Below, piece after piece: positions 1 through 12,322 of a stretch of 64,000 bases of DNA. The translations under genes and the position numbers were made by a program. The stretch spans positions 1-64,000 of the forward strand of contig JAAOMT010000240.1 of the NCBI GenBank assembly GCA_016748015.1. The letters run 5' to 3'. This DNA comes from Geosiphon pyriformis uo1 (taxonomy: Eukaryota > Fungi > Glomeromycota). Within the stretch, counting starts at the first letter, position 1. The number at the start of each line of letters is the position of its first letter. A model generated the notes under the pieces. The model worked only from the letters and a program-made list of their open reading frames with translations, made no database searches and was not told where the DNA came from.

Positions 1-2
1 TT

Positions 3-599
3 ACAAATTTAGCCCCAAATTCACGAAAATATCACCCGTATAAAAAGAACACAAGAAGTTATACTGGAATTCACCTGCCAGAACTTTTAAAGCTTGTTTT
101 AAGAGAAAACCTAATGCTCACTCCGATTAGTATTCCACCAAATGCTACAATTCAACAAAAACTTCAACTGTGTCTCAAGGAGGAAAACACTGAATATCCT
201 CCAATCTATAGATATTTTCACATTGGAAAAACACTCTACGAATGGAAACTGGAACTTACAACAGCAAACCTCATAAAAGAAGCTATTCAGAAACAACTTC
301 ACAACAAATTCAAGACAACAGCTGGATCAACAAACAGTCGCTACAGGCTTAGAGCTGCCCTTAGACTTTATAACCTATTCCACATCTGTGAACACGTACT
401 ACAAAACCCAATTTTTCAACCTTTGAAGATTCAATATATTGGAAAGCTTACAGAACTGAAATTTCAACAATTTTCAGACCAAATTTCTTCAATAATTTTG
501 GATTATTATCTGGAAATAACAGACAGTACTTAGACTTTGATGGAGCTCAGTCTTAAGGAGAAGGTTATGTTACTAGATGAAATTAGAGATATTATTTAG
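3..599 (+). pseudogene. Gypsy-A accessory ORF3 (unknown soluble protein), 5'-incomplete
   Basis: Frame is open from position 3. TAG at 531-533 corresponds to TGG in copy 2 (44884), so the ancestral frame runs through the PPT and stops at 597-599 inside the LTR. Confidence 0.75.
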
Positions 600-1550
600 C
601 ATGAAATTATCTTATAATTCCTATCATTAATTAGCATATATTATCATTTCAAATGATTACTTATTACATTAGCAAAAAATGTCCGAAATCATCATTTAAT
701 TAATAACTCAAATTGTACACAACACAAATGTAACCTAATTGCGATGATCAATCATGCAATACCCCGAACTATGTAACATTCAGAAGTTCGCCGAAATTTG
801 TAGAAATTTGCCGAAATAATTGATAATTCACTGAAATATCTAATAGTTCGCTGAAATAACTTGTAGTTTGCCAAAATGTATCTTTAGTTCAGCAAAATTG
901 TAGAAAATAGCAAAGTTCAAGTTCATAGAATAGTGTTACAACAAGTTGTATAAAAGAAAAGCTTCTCTCTTCAAGAAAATGTATCTTACTTTAGATTTAT
1001 CACTTAGAACCATTCCTACCCACACAAAAAGAAATAAATATTAAATAATTTGAAAAACCAAATTCTTTAATTATTGCACTTGGAAAATCCCCAAAAACCC
1101 AACTAACATTTTGAAATTGATTAGCTACCAATTTCAGTAAACTGTTAGTGACTCCAGGCCTGAATAGAAAATGTTTCCCTTGATAAAATCCTATTTCTTT
1201 TATACTTCTTTTATTTTCTTTTCTTTTCTTATTACAATTATTAGGGTAGCCTACAGACAAAATTCCTGTAGAAGAGTTGACTTTCATAGCAAAGTAACTA
1301 CACATTTTTTTAGTAAGCTTCCAGATGAGCAATTCCTGGGAAAGAGTTGACGTTTACTACAACATAACTACATAAAGCAACTGGCATGGAATTGGCCATT
1401 CCACTCATAAGCTCAGCAAGTTCAAATTATAGGAGATAATTTGAAGATAAATTCAGTTACTGGAGGTTCAACCACATCCAGAAAACGTGAATTCACAGTA
1501 AATAAGTATCAACAACATTATAGAAAAGAGACCAAAAACCTCCGGTAACA
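568..1550 (+). repeat. 3' LTR, family A (983 bp)
   Basis: TGTTAC/GTAACA inverted termini. Homologous to 36202-37188 and 44921-45906. ~20-bp GTTCGCCGAAAT-type repeats at ~787-907, TATA-like TGTATAAAAG at ~947. Confidence 0.93.
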
Positions 1551-3710
1551 ATGCCAATGAACAACATCTGCTTGCTTTGCAGGAACATTGATACCCCAAA
1601 CGTTGCACGTAGCACATTTCCAGACCAAATTACTTATTGAGACAAAGAAAAAGCCGACAAACCTGATCCAGAATGCAAATAATCCAATCTACCCAAAACT
1701 GAGCAAATTAAAGCCTCCAGAGCCATCATATTTGACTCCAAACTGCCAATCTTGGCAGTCAGAATCTTGGAACTGCTCAGACTGAAGTCAACAAATGACT
1801 CACCAACATTGGGAAGAGAGGAGGCAGATAATGACAATGCACTATCCAAAGCCAAACCTAAGTCCATATCTGAAACAACAGCAGTTGGAGACACTAAAGA
1901 AAGAGCTGAGAGGAGGGGTGCCAAAGGCACCAAGTCAACAAAACTCAATTTCTTTAAAATGAGTAAGACCTGATCCGAAAGAATCTCCATGGAGCATTTC
2001 AGTACAGCTAGTCAATCACCCAAATCAATGGCACCAGATAAGAATAAATTCATTGAGAAAGCATTTGAACCCAAGATCAAACCAACACCAAGAGCACCTG
2101 AAGAGACAACACAAGGGAGAGAGCTGCTTGCCACTTGGGCCTATGTCTTTCCACCAAAAAAAACTGGGCAAACAATTGGCGCCTGCTTCTTCCTATAAAT
2201 ATTGGCCAACCATACCCTATTCTGAGAAGTCACTGTACGTTTTTCATGACCACCAGACCCCCTACTCACAGAACAATTAATAGCAGTATGACCAAACAGT
2301 TTGCAATAAGTGCAACTAGCCAAAAAAAGACCAGCTCAACACAAGCCCACACCCTTAAAGGCCAGAACTGAACCAATAGCAGCCAACTTGAAAGCCTCAC
2401 TTTCAAAACAAATTACAGCACACTGATCACGAACATATAAAGTTGGATTACGGCCTATAAAACAAGTTTTCCCACCATAAGTCTCTACCAATTCAGACAA
2501 ATCATGAGCAGTCGTGCCAATTGGAAGAATATACAACAAAGCCCAAAACCTATTCCTTGATACCCATGATTGTTTATCATTGACAGCCTTTGCCACATGA
2601 ACAGAATCTTTTCCCATAAGAACAGACCATCTAGATGTGACCAAATCAGCTACTTCTGATGATTCAAATTCTACCAAGGCTTTTTGCCAAAGACCAATAA
2701 GCTGCATCTTGATTGACACAATTTTTCTAAATTTAGAAAACACCACCTCAACTGCAGATTTGGAAAGATCAACAGAGATCTCCTTGATTATCCCGATCCG
2801 AACAACTGTTTACTCTTCTGAGATCATTATTTACCATGATTTTTTTACTGATCGCCATATCTTTTGCCCTGCCCAAACTTAATTCAGAAGTGAATGTAGA
2901 TCTTATTATGCCAGAAAATTTTGAGGAAGTCGAAGCTCCCCCAAATCCATCAATTCGATAAAAGATTTTTTTAATTGCCATTAACTTATCAACATTTGTT
3001 TTCTCAGGTACTGCCAAAACTTCAATATCTAATGCGAAAAATTTTACTGGATCGAAGCTTTATTTTTCCATAACACGTGACTTAACAGATGGCATCTGAT
3101 TGGAGCCATTAAACATTTTTGGAGACGGAAGACTAAGCACATTCTTATCATCACTCATGAAGTCAAATGTTGGAGCCTTCGGAGATTTGCCTAGCACATA
3201 AGTACGGATCCGGGTTTTTCTCGGCGTAGCCTTGTTCATTTTGTCGTCATCACCAAATTCTGTGTAGCTTGTTTCTTCGGCAATAGTATTTGCCATATTC
3301 TCTACATCTGACACCTCACTCATGCTTGATTCGTCGTTCTCAACTTTGCTTTCCCAAGATACCTTACATTCTTCATCGCCCGAATGTAACAAAGCAGCAG
3401 GCAGAAAGCCAGCAAACAAATCCACAACTCCGCCAGCGATCTCAGGTTTCCTAGGTTTCTTATACGATAGACCACGAAAGTAGACACTTTCAACTTGCAC
3501 CTTTTTTTTGGTGCCAAACTGAGTCCCCAACCCAGTTAATCCAGAACCAGAACCACCAGCAGACAAACTCGCTGGTTCCATGACAACAAAGAGGGGCATA
3601 TTAAGAGAAATAACTGAAGTAAAAAAAGAGAAAAGGAAAAGGAAAAGCTATTCTATCAGCAAAAACTATACTCTTGTCTTGGGTAGGGAATCAACAAGAG
3701 AAAAAGCTTT
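1551..3710 (-). mobile_element. LINE copy 1: 5'UTR, degenerate ORF1 and first codons of ORF2
   Basis: ORF fragments 3060-3599, 2769-3017, 2336-2746, 2141-2323 (knuckle CTYCKLFGHTAINC) and 1634-1990 match ORF1 of the other LINEs. 1551-1637 encodes the APE start (LVWKCATCNV..IN.PAKQ). Confidence 0.9.
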
Positions 3711-4152
3711 TTTATTTTTTTTTGGTTTTATTAGTTAAATTTATTATTAAATTTATTAATATTTTGGTTTAATTAATAATTTTTTTGTTTCAATTATAAA
3801 ATTAAAAAATTTGTGTTTTAGTATTTAAACTAAGTTAAATACAATTAAATCTAAAATAATTTATACTAAAATAACTTATAATCTGTAATAAGCCATAGTA
3901 TTTTGAATCTACTAATTTGGTAGTTAAAGAATTCTTATATTTATAACTTATATTTATAATATTCAATAATTCATAACTTTTTATTATCAGTATAGATTAT
4001 TTTAAATGCTAAATTTTTTTTTTTTTTTTTTATATTTTAACGAGTGAGGTCCAAACGCGACCTAATGCTATACATCATACAAATGATCTAAACTAGGTGC
4101 AAATCATGCGCTTTCTACACGTGACCAGCCACTCGGACCAGTCAGGACTACA

Positions 4153-7100
4153 CTATACACTTATATGCACAGAAACCGAATCTCCAATACCTGAAAAAAA
4201 TGAACAAAATTTACGAAACCCAAAACCAACACCAAATGCCTCAGCCACCCCCAGCAATCTGACCACACCAGCCGAAAGCACCTTAGGCAAACCAGAAACC
4301 AAAGCAGGAATGGAGCCATCACTTGGAATCAAACCATGCTTCTCCATAAATGCTCGGTGTCTAGCCTGGACCAACCAAACATCATCCCGAAATGCTAAAC
4401 AAAACTCATGCACAAAGCTCACAATTCTCTTAGCACCCTCCCTAGAATCTTTAAAAACCAAGATAGACTCACGAAATTATTCATCAAAAACAAAACTCTT
4501 ACACAGAGCAACACTAACTCCAACCTCAGAAACACAAGAAGCTAAGGCCTGTAAGACACATGAAGAAGAGCGAGAAAGGCCAGAAAGAGCCTCCCAAGTT
4601 GAAGCATATGCGCCCAACAAACAAGCACGGCCAATGGCATCCTGAGGACATGAAAAGACATGATCTGAGGTCTCAACATCACCACAAAACAGACAGACCA
4701 CACTGGGATAACTCCTGTCATATAAACGCTTGCGCACAGCAACAGAAAGCCGATGATGGAAAGCCTTTATAAAGTAAGTATGACATCCCGCCATGCGCAT
4801 GCTGGTAAAACCGGATGCCAAGTAAGAATTGGGGTGCCACACCATAGAAGACATAGACCAATTGACATCAGCATGCAAACTATCATCCATAACACAAGAA
4901 CCCACTCCAATCTTCCAACGAGCTCGATGAAACGACCAGAAAACATCATGAACAAAGTATCTAGAATTACCAGAAACCGCCATGCCACCAGCACATAGAA
5001 AATGTTCACTGACTAAATGAGGTAGGCACCAAGCAGAGCAAGCAGCACCTTTGGCAAGCGCATCAGCATGCTTGTTGCCTGAGACACCTGAATGATTTTT
5101 CATCTTAACCCAATTCACATCCAAATTCTTTTGACAAATGACAGTGGCAATGTGACGATGCTCAATCCAACAGCGGTTTCTGAAATCTAGACAAACCAGT
5201 GAAGACTCCGATCTACATGCATCTAAAGCAGCCTGGCTATCCGAGAACAAGTCAATCGAATGAGAAAAAGGAACACACTCAAGGGCCAAAGCTATGGCCT
5301 GCAGTTCCGTCAGAGTAGAAGAAACCAAACCAGACACCCCAACACCCAAACCCAAGTTAATGTCCTCAAAAAAAGCGGCAGCACCTGCTCTCATGTTAGC
5401 AGTGCCCAGACCAGAAAAAGACCCATCTGTATACACAGAAAAATGGGCAGCATCAATAGTTGGCAAAGTGTCACGAATCACACCAAAATTATGAGAAAGA
5501 CGAATATCAGACACAGCTTGACCATCTACCAAAGAAGAACTTGAGGAGAGAGGAACAACACCACCAAGAAAGCGAATGGAAAGATCAAACCAGAAAGGAA
5601 CTGGGCCACGAGGGTCTACCCTCTTCCAACGTTTGAAGGTACCCCAACTGAAAACATCACTATTACAGTCACGAAGCTGTTCCACGAAAGCAATTCCATA
5701 ATGCCTGAGCGAAAAAATGCACTTGAAAAAACAGGATTCACCAAGAACCAAAGACATAGGAGTACCACACCGATGACGAAAAGCACAATCCACAGGGCCT
5801 CCCAAAGACAAATCACACCCAGAAAAAATGCGAACCACACCCACCAAAAAATTATCCGAGGGACTAATACCAACACGAACCGGAAACAACAAAGGATGAC
5901 GAGGATGCCAGCTGAGAACCTGGAGGTCATGAGACCTATGAGAAAACAAGCGACCCAAGACACCAGTAGAATTTGCAAAAGCAACAATAGAGGCCGATTT
6001 ACTCTCAGCCTGTATCTGTTCGAAAGTTTTTAAATTGTACAAAGAGGAGTAATGAAGTGCATCACTGGGGAAATCACGTGGCAACCCAGACTTGGACTTT
6101 AAGACCTTGCGAACCAGAGCATCCCATTTACTACAAACACCAACAGAAACGAAACTGAACTGAATTCTGTAGCTGATGATAGGAAAAAAAACTGCAGACA
6201 CCAAATATGCACACTGTTTGTCCGAAATTGCCTTTCTTAAAACAAGATTCACAAAGAACCGTACATCAGCCTAGGCCTTAGCCAAGCTGGGCTTTGAAAG
6301 ACCCTCAGAAGACAAAAAAATACCCAAATAGCGATAAGATTCCCCTCTCTTGGCAATGGAAATAGGTGCACCACTGATAGTCAAATGAGGATCCAACACC
6401 CAGCAATTGATGGGAATGGCCACCGTTTTGTCATTGTTTATAGAAATATTGTTAAACCTAAAAAACTTGCTAGCAACATCAAGGATGCGTTGTGTAGCAG
6501 CCTGGCTGCTACCAACCCAGATAGTATCATCAACAAAAGCGCCGGCAGCAAGAAACGAAGACAGCCCAGCTCGAAGATCCACCTGGCCAGTCCTTGATAT
6601 GAAATGAGAATTCAACCTGTAGCCATACACACTATCCTGTCTCTTGACCTCACACAAAAGTGAATCATAAAAAATATGCCAGAGAAGAGGCGAGAAAACT
6701 TCTCCTTGATCCAGCCCATCGTAAACACAATACCCATCAGTCAAGCCAAAGTCGGTCATCACTTTGTTGACACGACCATTGTGAATACTGCCAAAAAATC
6801 TAATAAACCTGTCACACATTTTGATCCTGACTAGACTCCTTCTAAGATGTTTCCAACCAACCGAGTTATAAGCCTTGCGCATGTCCTGTAAAACCAGCCA
6901 AAGTTCATGGTTCTTTTCCAAGACATCCTCAACCACAGAACCGATAGCAAAAATGGGAGATTGAGTCATCATACCCTTCAAAACTGAAAAATTGTCCCCA
7001 TGAAAAACATCAAAAGTGCTGCAAGCCAGAGAGATCCTATCCAAAAGAATCTTGGAAAGAATCTTGTGGGCCGTTTCAATTAAAGCTATAAGATAGGTGT

Positions 7101-8841
7101 TCGTGAGAACTCCTTCTCATTCATATGGTTTAAGAATTATCGAAATCCAAGCTTCTCTCCAAGGCCCAGGGACTGACTTGCCAACCAAACAGAAATTCAA
7201 AAGCACCAAAAGCATATCCAAAACAGATTTGTCACAATGTTTCCATAATTCATTGGAGATACCAGAAAGACCAGCCACTTTTCCATCAAGAAGATCCTTA
7301 ACAACAGCTAACAACTCATCAAAACTAATCAAACACATGACATCAGAGAAAGCACCATCGAATACATAATCCAGAGGCCGATATTGACGAGCCCAATCCT
7401 TAGATAAGTCAGACACCACCTCACGTTTTCTGGTCCATCCCTCCATAATTTTGTCCACCTTAGACTTAACCAAATCAGGCTCTAAAATCAACTCATCTTC
7501 TACTACCAAATGATCCAGGACCACCTTGCGAAGAGGACACTCCAAAACACTCCTAATGGTGTGACCCTTGTTCAGCTCAAAACTCTCCATTCTCTTACTA
7601 ATAGCTTGCTTGATCGAGGATTCCTCAGTGTGCTTGGATTCCACTAACTTGAAAGAGTGGTATGATTTTCTAGCTTTGGCCAGTGCAAAGCAAATAAGAT
7701 CAAAATTAGAACCTGAAAGAAACAGAGACTTAACCACCGATGCACCAGGAGAGTTGAGTCTGTGCCACACCTCCAACAAAGAAGCAAAACCATCACTAGA
7801 AGCCAAACGTGAAGTCTTAACCAACTTAGAAACCAGCAGCTCCAGCTTGTGAAACCTAGAAGAAATCTTGGTGAACATGCCATCAAAACCTTTGAACCAT
7901 TTTTTCTTAAATGTACCACCTGCTGAAAGAACCATAATCTTGCGAACAATGTCCCACATAGCGTCCACATCTGAAAATTTTACTGCCACACTGAAAGCAT
8001 CTGAGAACATAGAGACATTAGCAGCTGAGGCATCCCTAAACTCCAACCACTTAGCTTTATTGGCACTTTTAACGTCAAACTTCCAACAATTTTTATTCGC
8101 TTGCTTGCAAAAAGAATTCAAACACGTATCCAAGAGCCCACCCAGACCCAAATTCACTGAAACAGCTTGATGGTCTGTGTCAAAATGCTCACTGACATTC
8201 AAAACCTCACGACATACTATTGCATTAACAAGACTTGAGGAGACAAACACGTAATCAATTGTTTTCTTAACGCCCCTAGAATTCTCCCAAGTGGGCATTT
8301 TTGCAGCCGGGCTGCCAACTAAAGAATTGACCAGACCCAAATCAAAGCATCTTTTGAAACTTGCACTTTTATAAGAGCTGTTTTCATTAAAATTGCCACC
8401 GAGAATGATGAAAGAAGATTCGTTGACAGTCTTTGCAATAAGAGAATTGATTTCACCAGCTTGAGAAAACCGAACCACCGAAGAAGTACCAGCATAAAGC
8501 CCCAAAATTGACACAAAAAGTTTACTCTTAAAAAGTAATTTAATGGAAAGAAGCCGACCAGGCACCTCAGAAACCTTGCACACATGATGAGCCAAAAAAA
8601 CGTCCATGATAACAGCAACACCCGCACCCAAGTGACCAGAGTCCAAACCAGAAGTGAACACTCGAACACCATCAAACTTGTCTGTAATCCACGGACAAAC
8701 CCTACTCTTTAATTTCGTTTCAGTAATGATAGAGACTAAATTGTTCATTTCCTTATGCCACCTAATAATGTCTTCTTGCTTAGCGGGATTGTTCATGTCC
8801 CTGACATTGCATGTAGCAACTTTCCAGACTAAACTGCTCAT
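4153..8841 (-). pseudogene. LINE ORF2: APE endonuclease, RT, RNase H, C-terminal CCHC finger
   Basis: APE: ATCNVR..N, ETKL, IDYVF, TDH. RT: LQDMRKAY, QGEVFSPLLW, FVDD, YRYLG. RNase H: VYTDGS, ELQAI, SDSQ, HSG..GN..AD. Finger: CLFC...HVFSC. Broken by a few stops. Confidence 0.93.
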
Positions 8842-10631
8842 TGAGTAAGAGGTAGAAATACCAAAAGCGCACCTAAACTGTCCACTTTGGCCGAAAGGCC
8901 CAGAACCGTTTCCATTAGACACTTCATGCTGTCTTCCAGCTTAGACACTGAAGACATATTAAAAGACACTGCTCCCACAACATTCCCACCACTAGTGGAC
9001 ACACTTGAACCCTCACTCATCACTACATCTGCCCCTTGATCCTGTGATGAAGGGGTCACCAACGGCTGACATCCAGGGCTAGGCTGGGAAACCATTGGCC
9101 CGAGTGTATCCAACCTCTTAGCCAGTTTACCAACTTGCTCTGCGAGGCTGGCGAGACTGTGCTCAAGAGCGGCAAACCTATCGTTAACTTCCATCGTAAC
9201 CGGTTGGAACAGCTTCATCTCTGAAGAGGAGCCATTTGTTACCACAACATTCTGACTAGAGAGGGGGAACGAAAAAGACCCGCGAACAACCTTTGCCCAA
9301 GAGAGACCACCAAAAGAGACTGGATGGGCAACTGGAGCTGAGCGTTTGGCATAAATGGTTGCCAGTCTGCTTTTATCCGTATCTGAGAAAACCCTACGCA
9401 GTAAACTACTAAAAGACAATTTTCCACCAACTGCACAACCCAATGACGTGTGACCCAATTTCTCACACTTGGTGCATCTAGCAGAAATGAGATAAGACCA
9501 GCAGAGATTGGTGTTCCTGAGTACTGGCGTGGTTCCCACAGCAGCATCCAATGATTCAGCAGAGTCGAAACAAACAACAGCACATCTGGCCCAAACATAC
9601 GTAACAGAATGACAATCAATGATGCATGTTTTCTCACCCACAGATCTAACAAAGTCCCAGATATCATGAGCATTGGTTCCCATCAGCAATGTATAGAGCA
9701 GCACCCTATGTTGGTCTCTTATATCCCACGCTTTCTTGTCTGAATCAGCCCTAGCCATACGCATAGTATCTTTCCTGATTAAGATGGACCACTCAGCTGC
9801 AGCCAAATCAGCCTGATCCGATCGTTTGAATTCCACTACTGTCTTCTGCTACAGTCTGATTAACTGCATCTTGATCATCCTAATAACTCCAAACTCGGAT
9901 AGCGCAGCACGCACAGCCTCAGCCGATGTTCCAACTGGAATTTCTTTCACGACCACAGCCCGATCTGATCACCCAGATGCTTTTTTGAGATCGGCGTTTA
10001 CTAAGATCTTCACATTCACAGCTTTATCAGTAGCTTTCATTAGTCTCGATTCAGAAGTGAATGTCGCCCTGATGATCTCTGAGAATTTTGAGGGGGTAGA
10101 TGCCCCCCCAAAACCATTGATTCCAGAAAACAACTTCCTCACCATCACAAGTTTTTTCTGAGAAGATTTGCCGGCCACTTTATCCAAGCCAATATCCAAT
10201 GCGAATGATTTCCTGACTGAAATATTGACCAAATTTCTCACAGAAGTAGGGAGCTTAAGAGGAACATCTAAGAGAACACCATCATTACTACCATCTTTTG
10301 AGAAGTCAATTTTCTCCAATGGCTTGCCCAACGCCTTTTTGGTTTTAACCTTCGAACTTGTGGGTGTCTGATCATAATCTCCACCAGCCAGAGCTCCACC
10401 TTCACCATAATCAAAGCTGGTTTCTTCCACCAGACACTCCTCTTCCATATTAACACTTTCAGACTTAGTAGTGTCCCCAGTCTTCGAATCCCATGAACAA
10501 ACACCAGGAACTTCAGCAGCAACCCTTCTATTATCAACACCCTCTGCCAACACACCTCCCTTCCTCTTTTTCCTTGATGCAACCGCTTTAAAACCACTCT
10601 CAAAACCAGAAACTTTAGCAGTCTTTTTCAT
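8838..10631 (-). pseudogene. LINE ORF1 (gag-like, CCHC knuckle)
   Basis: ORF pieces 9969-10631 and 8838-9836 in one frame. CTKCEKLGHTSLGC knuckle and a coiled-coil-like C-terminus. Confidence 0.88.
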
Positions 10632-10862
10632 AACAGCAATAACAAAGCCAACAGTGGCCTCGTAATCGAAAAATGGTTTTGATTTATCGTACTGAATGGT
10701 AAAAAACTTCTTTCAAAAAAACTTTTGACTTTTTTTTGGGAATTTTGGACAAAGGAGAGAAAAAAGTTTTTTTACTTTTAATTTTCCTAAATTTAGTTTA
10801 AATTTTGCTAATTCTGATAAAATAAATATATAATAATATAATATTATTTATTAAACAAAATA

Positions 10863-11240
10863 ATTATTAATTATGTAAGTAATCAAATTAGAGTTTTGAA
10901 TTGTTTTAAGTTTTAAATTATTATTAATTATATAAATAATCAAGTTGGAATTTTGAATTATCACAAGTTTTAAATTATTATTGATCTTATAAATAATTAA
11001 GTCAAAGTTTTAAATTGTTCCAAGTTTTAAATTATTATTAATTGTATAAGTAATCAAATTGAAGTTTCAAATTGTTCTAAATTCTAAATTATTATTGATT
11101 ATATAAGTAATTAAGTTAGAATTTTGAATTGTTTAAGTTCTAAATTATTATTAATTATATGAATAATTAAATCAAAGTTTTAAATTATTCTAAGTTTTAA
11201 ATTATTATTAATTATGTAAATAATTAAGTTAAATTTTTAA
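10863..11240. repeat. 57-bp minisatellite, ~6.5 copies
   Basis: Unit ATTATTAATTATGTAAGTAATCAAATTAGAGTTTTGAATTGTTTTAAGTTTTAAATT, starting at 10863, 10920, 10977 and onward. Confidence 0.9.
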
Positions 11241-11519
11241 ATTAATTTTATCTAATTAAAGTTCTAATCATTTTTTTTTTGCTTTTTAATTTTATTATAT
11301 CTAATAGTAAAAAGCATACTATTTTTTTAATATATATTCTGTAAAATTATAAGAATATTATACTTTATGATAAGCTTATAGTGCTTAATTAGTATTATAC
11401 AAATGATAAAAACCAATTAAAAACTACAAAATACTTTAAAAAAAACAATTTTCTATACATAAAACAGCTTCTAGTTTTAGCTTAAATCAAAAATAAACCA
11501 AATTTTTGTGCATAAACAA

Positions 11520-12322
11520 ATATAATACATAATTTAACTAACAAATATATAAACATAATATATAATTCTAACTTTAATAAAACATTTGTTATTTTTGTTC
11601 AAAAGATAAAATTGTGTAAAATAACACTTACTAAAAATATAATTTAAGCTGTTGGCATAAAGTTTTAGAATTATTTATTGTTTTAAGACATATTATCATT
11701 GCTATTATTTTTGTTATGTATTAGATTTTTTTAATAATAATATTAATAATATTTATGTAATTAACCAACTTTAAACAATATATTTAATTTATAAAACATA
11801 AAAAAATGTTTTAAATAAAACAATTATTCATTGTTAACACAAAATTAGTATTTTTTTAATTAATATAAATAACAACTTTTAGAATAAACTGCAAACTTGA
11901 AAATAATAATTAATTATAATTAAAACTTAATATTAAAAAAAATTAAAAATTACTATAAAAAATTTAATTACATACAGTTAAATTATATATATTTATTAAT
12001 TAAAGAGTTGATAAATCTATTTAAAAAAAATAATACAATTATTTTAGAACCTTTAAATAATAATAAAATTGCAAATTATATTATAATAAATTGTAAAACA
12101 AAACATAATAGCTTTAATAAAGAACAAAAAGTACAAAAAATAATAAGTATTAAAAATATATTAATTGTTATTATAAATTTTAAACAGTTTATTAAGCTTG
12201 AAAATAACAAGAAATTTTATAATATAGTTAGTAAGTTTGTTTATATTAAATATATACTTTATAAAAGAATGCAAAATAAATAAAAACAAATAATTTTTAC
12301 AAGTTTTTTTAATATTGCATGA
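11520..12322 (+). pseudogene. Fossil pogo/CENP-B-type transposase, internally deleted
   Basis: From 11667 reads RIIYCFKTYYHC..LD..IYVINQL*TI..T*KNVLNKTIIHC*HKISI, matching DDE_1 GII.CFKAHYR...QL.AM...AW..V...TI.HCW.K.GI. C-terminus KQIIFTSFF. CENP-B-HTH-like remnant at 11560-11665. Confidence 0.78.

Larger units (their letters stand above)
1..1550 (+). mobile_element. Ty3/Gypsy LTR retrotransposon family A, copy 1: 3' end (ORF3, PPT, 3' LTR)
   Basis: Homologous to 44637-45906. PPT-like AAGGAGAAGG at ~555-564, then LTR TGTTAC...GTAACA. Abuts a LINE ORF2 5' end at 1551. Confidence 0.93.
4014..10775 (-). mobile_element. LINE copy 2, full length (~6.8 kb)
   Basis: Poly(A) tail (T-run 4014-4031), 3'UTR, ORF2, ORF1, and the 5'UTR motif shared with the other copies. 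5' boundary approximate. Confidence 0.95.

Noticed and set aside
114-533. ORF3 as a retroviral env
   Set aside because: Short, with no TM segment or fusion-protein features in the visible part.
4097-4645. Plus-strand 182-aa ORF and many similar antisense ORFs over the LINEs
   Set aside because: Shadows of LINE ORF1/ORF2 on the opposite strand; they are broken differently in each copy.
6520-6545. FVDD instead of YADD in the LINE RT
   Set aside because: Conserved in the copies, but within the known F/YxDD variation.
10863-11240. CRISPR-like periodicity (also 787-907 and 63896-64000)
   Set aside because: Whole units repeat without unique spacers, there are no cas genes, and the context is eukaryotic.
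12008-12283. 91-aa ORF as a functional gene
   Set aside because: It is the eroded C-terminus of the fossil transposase (N/K/I-rich because of D/E/V transitions).
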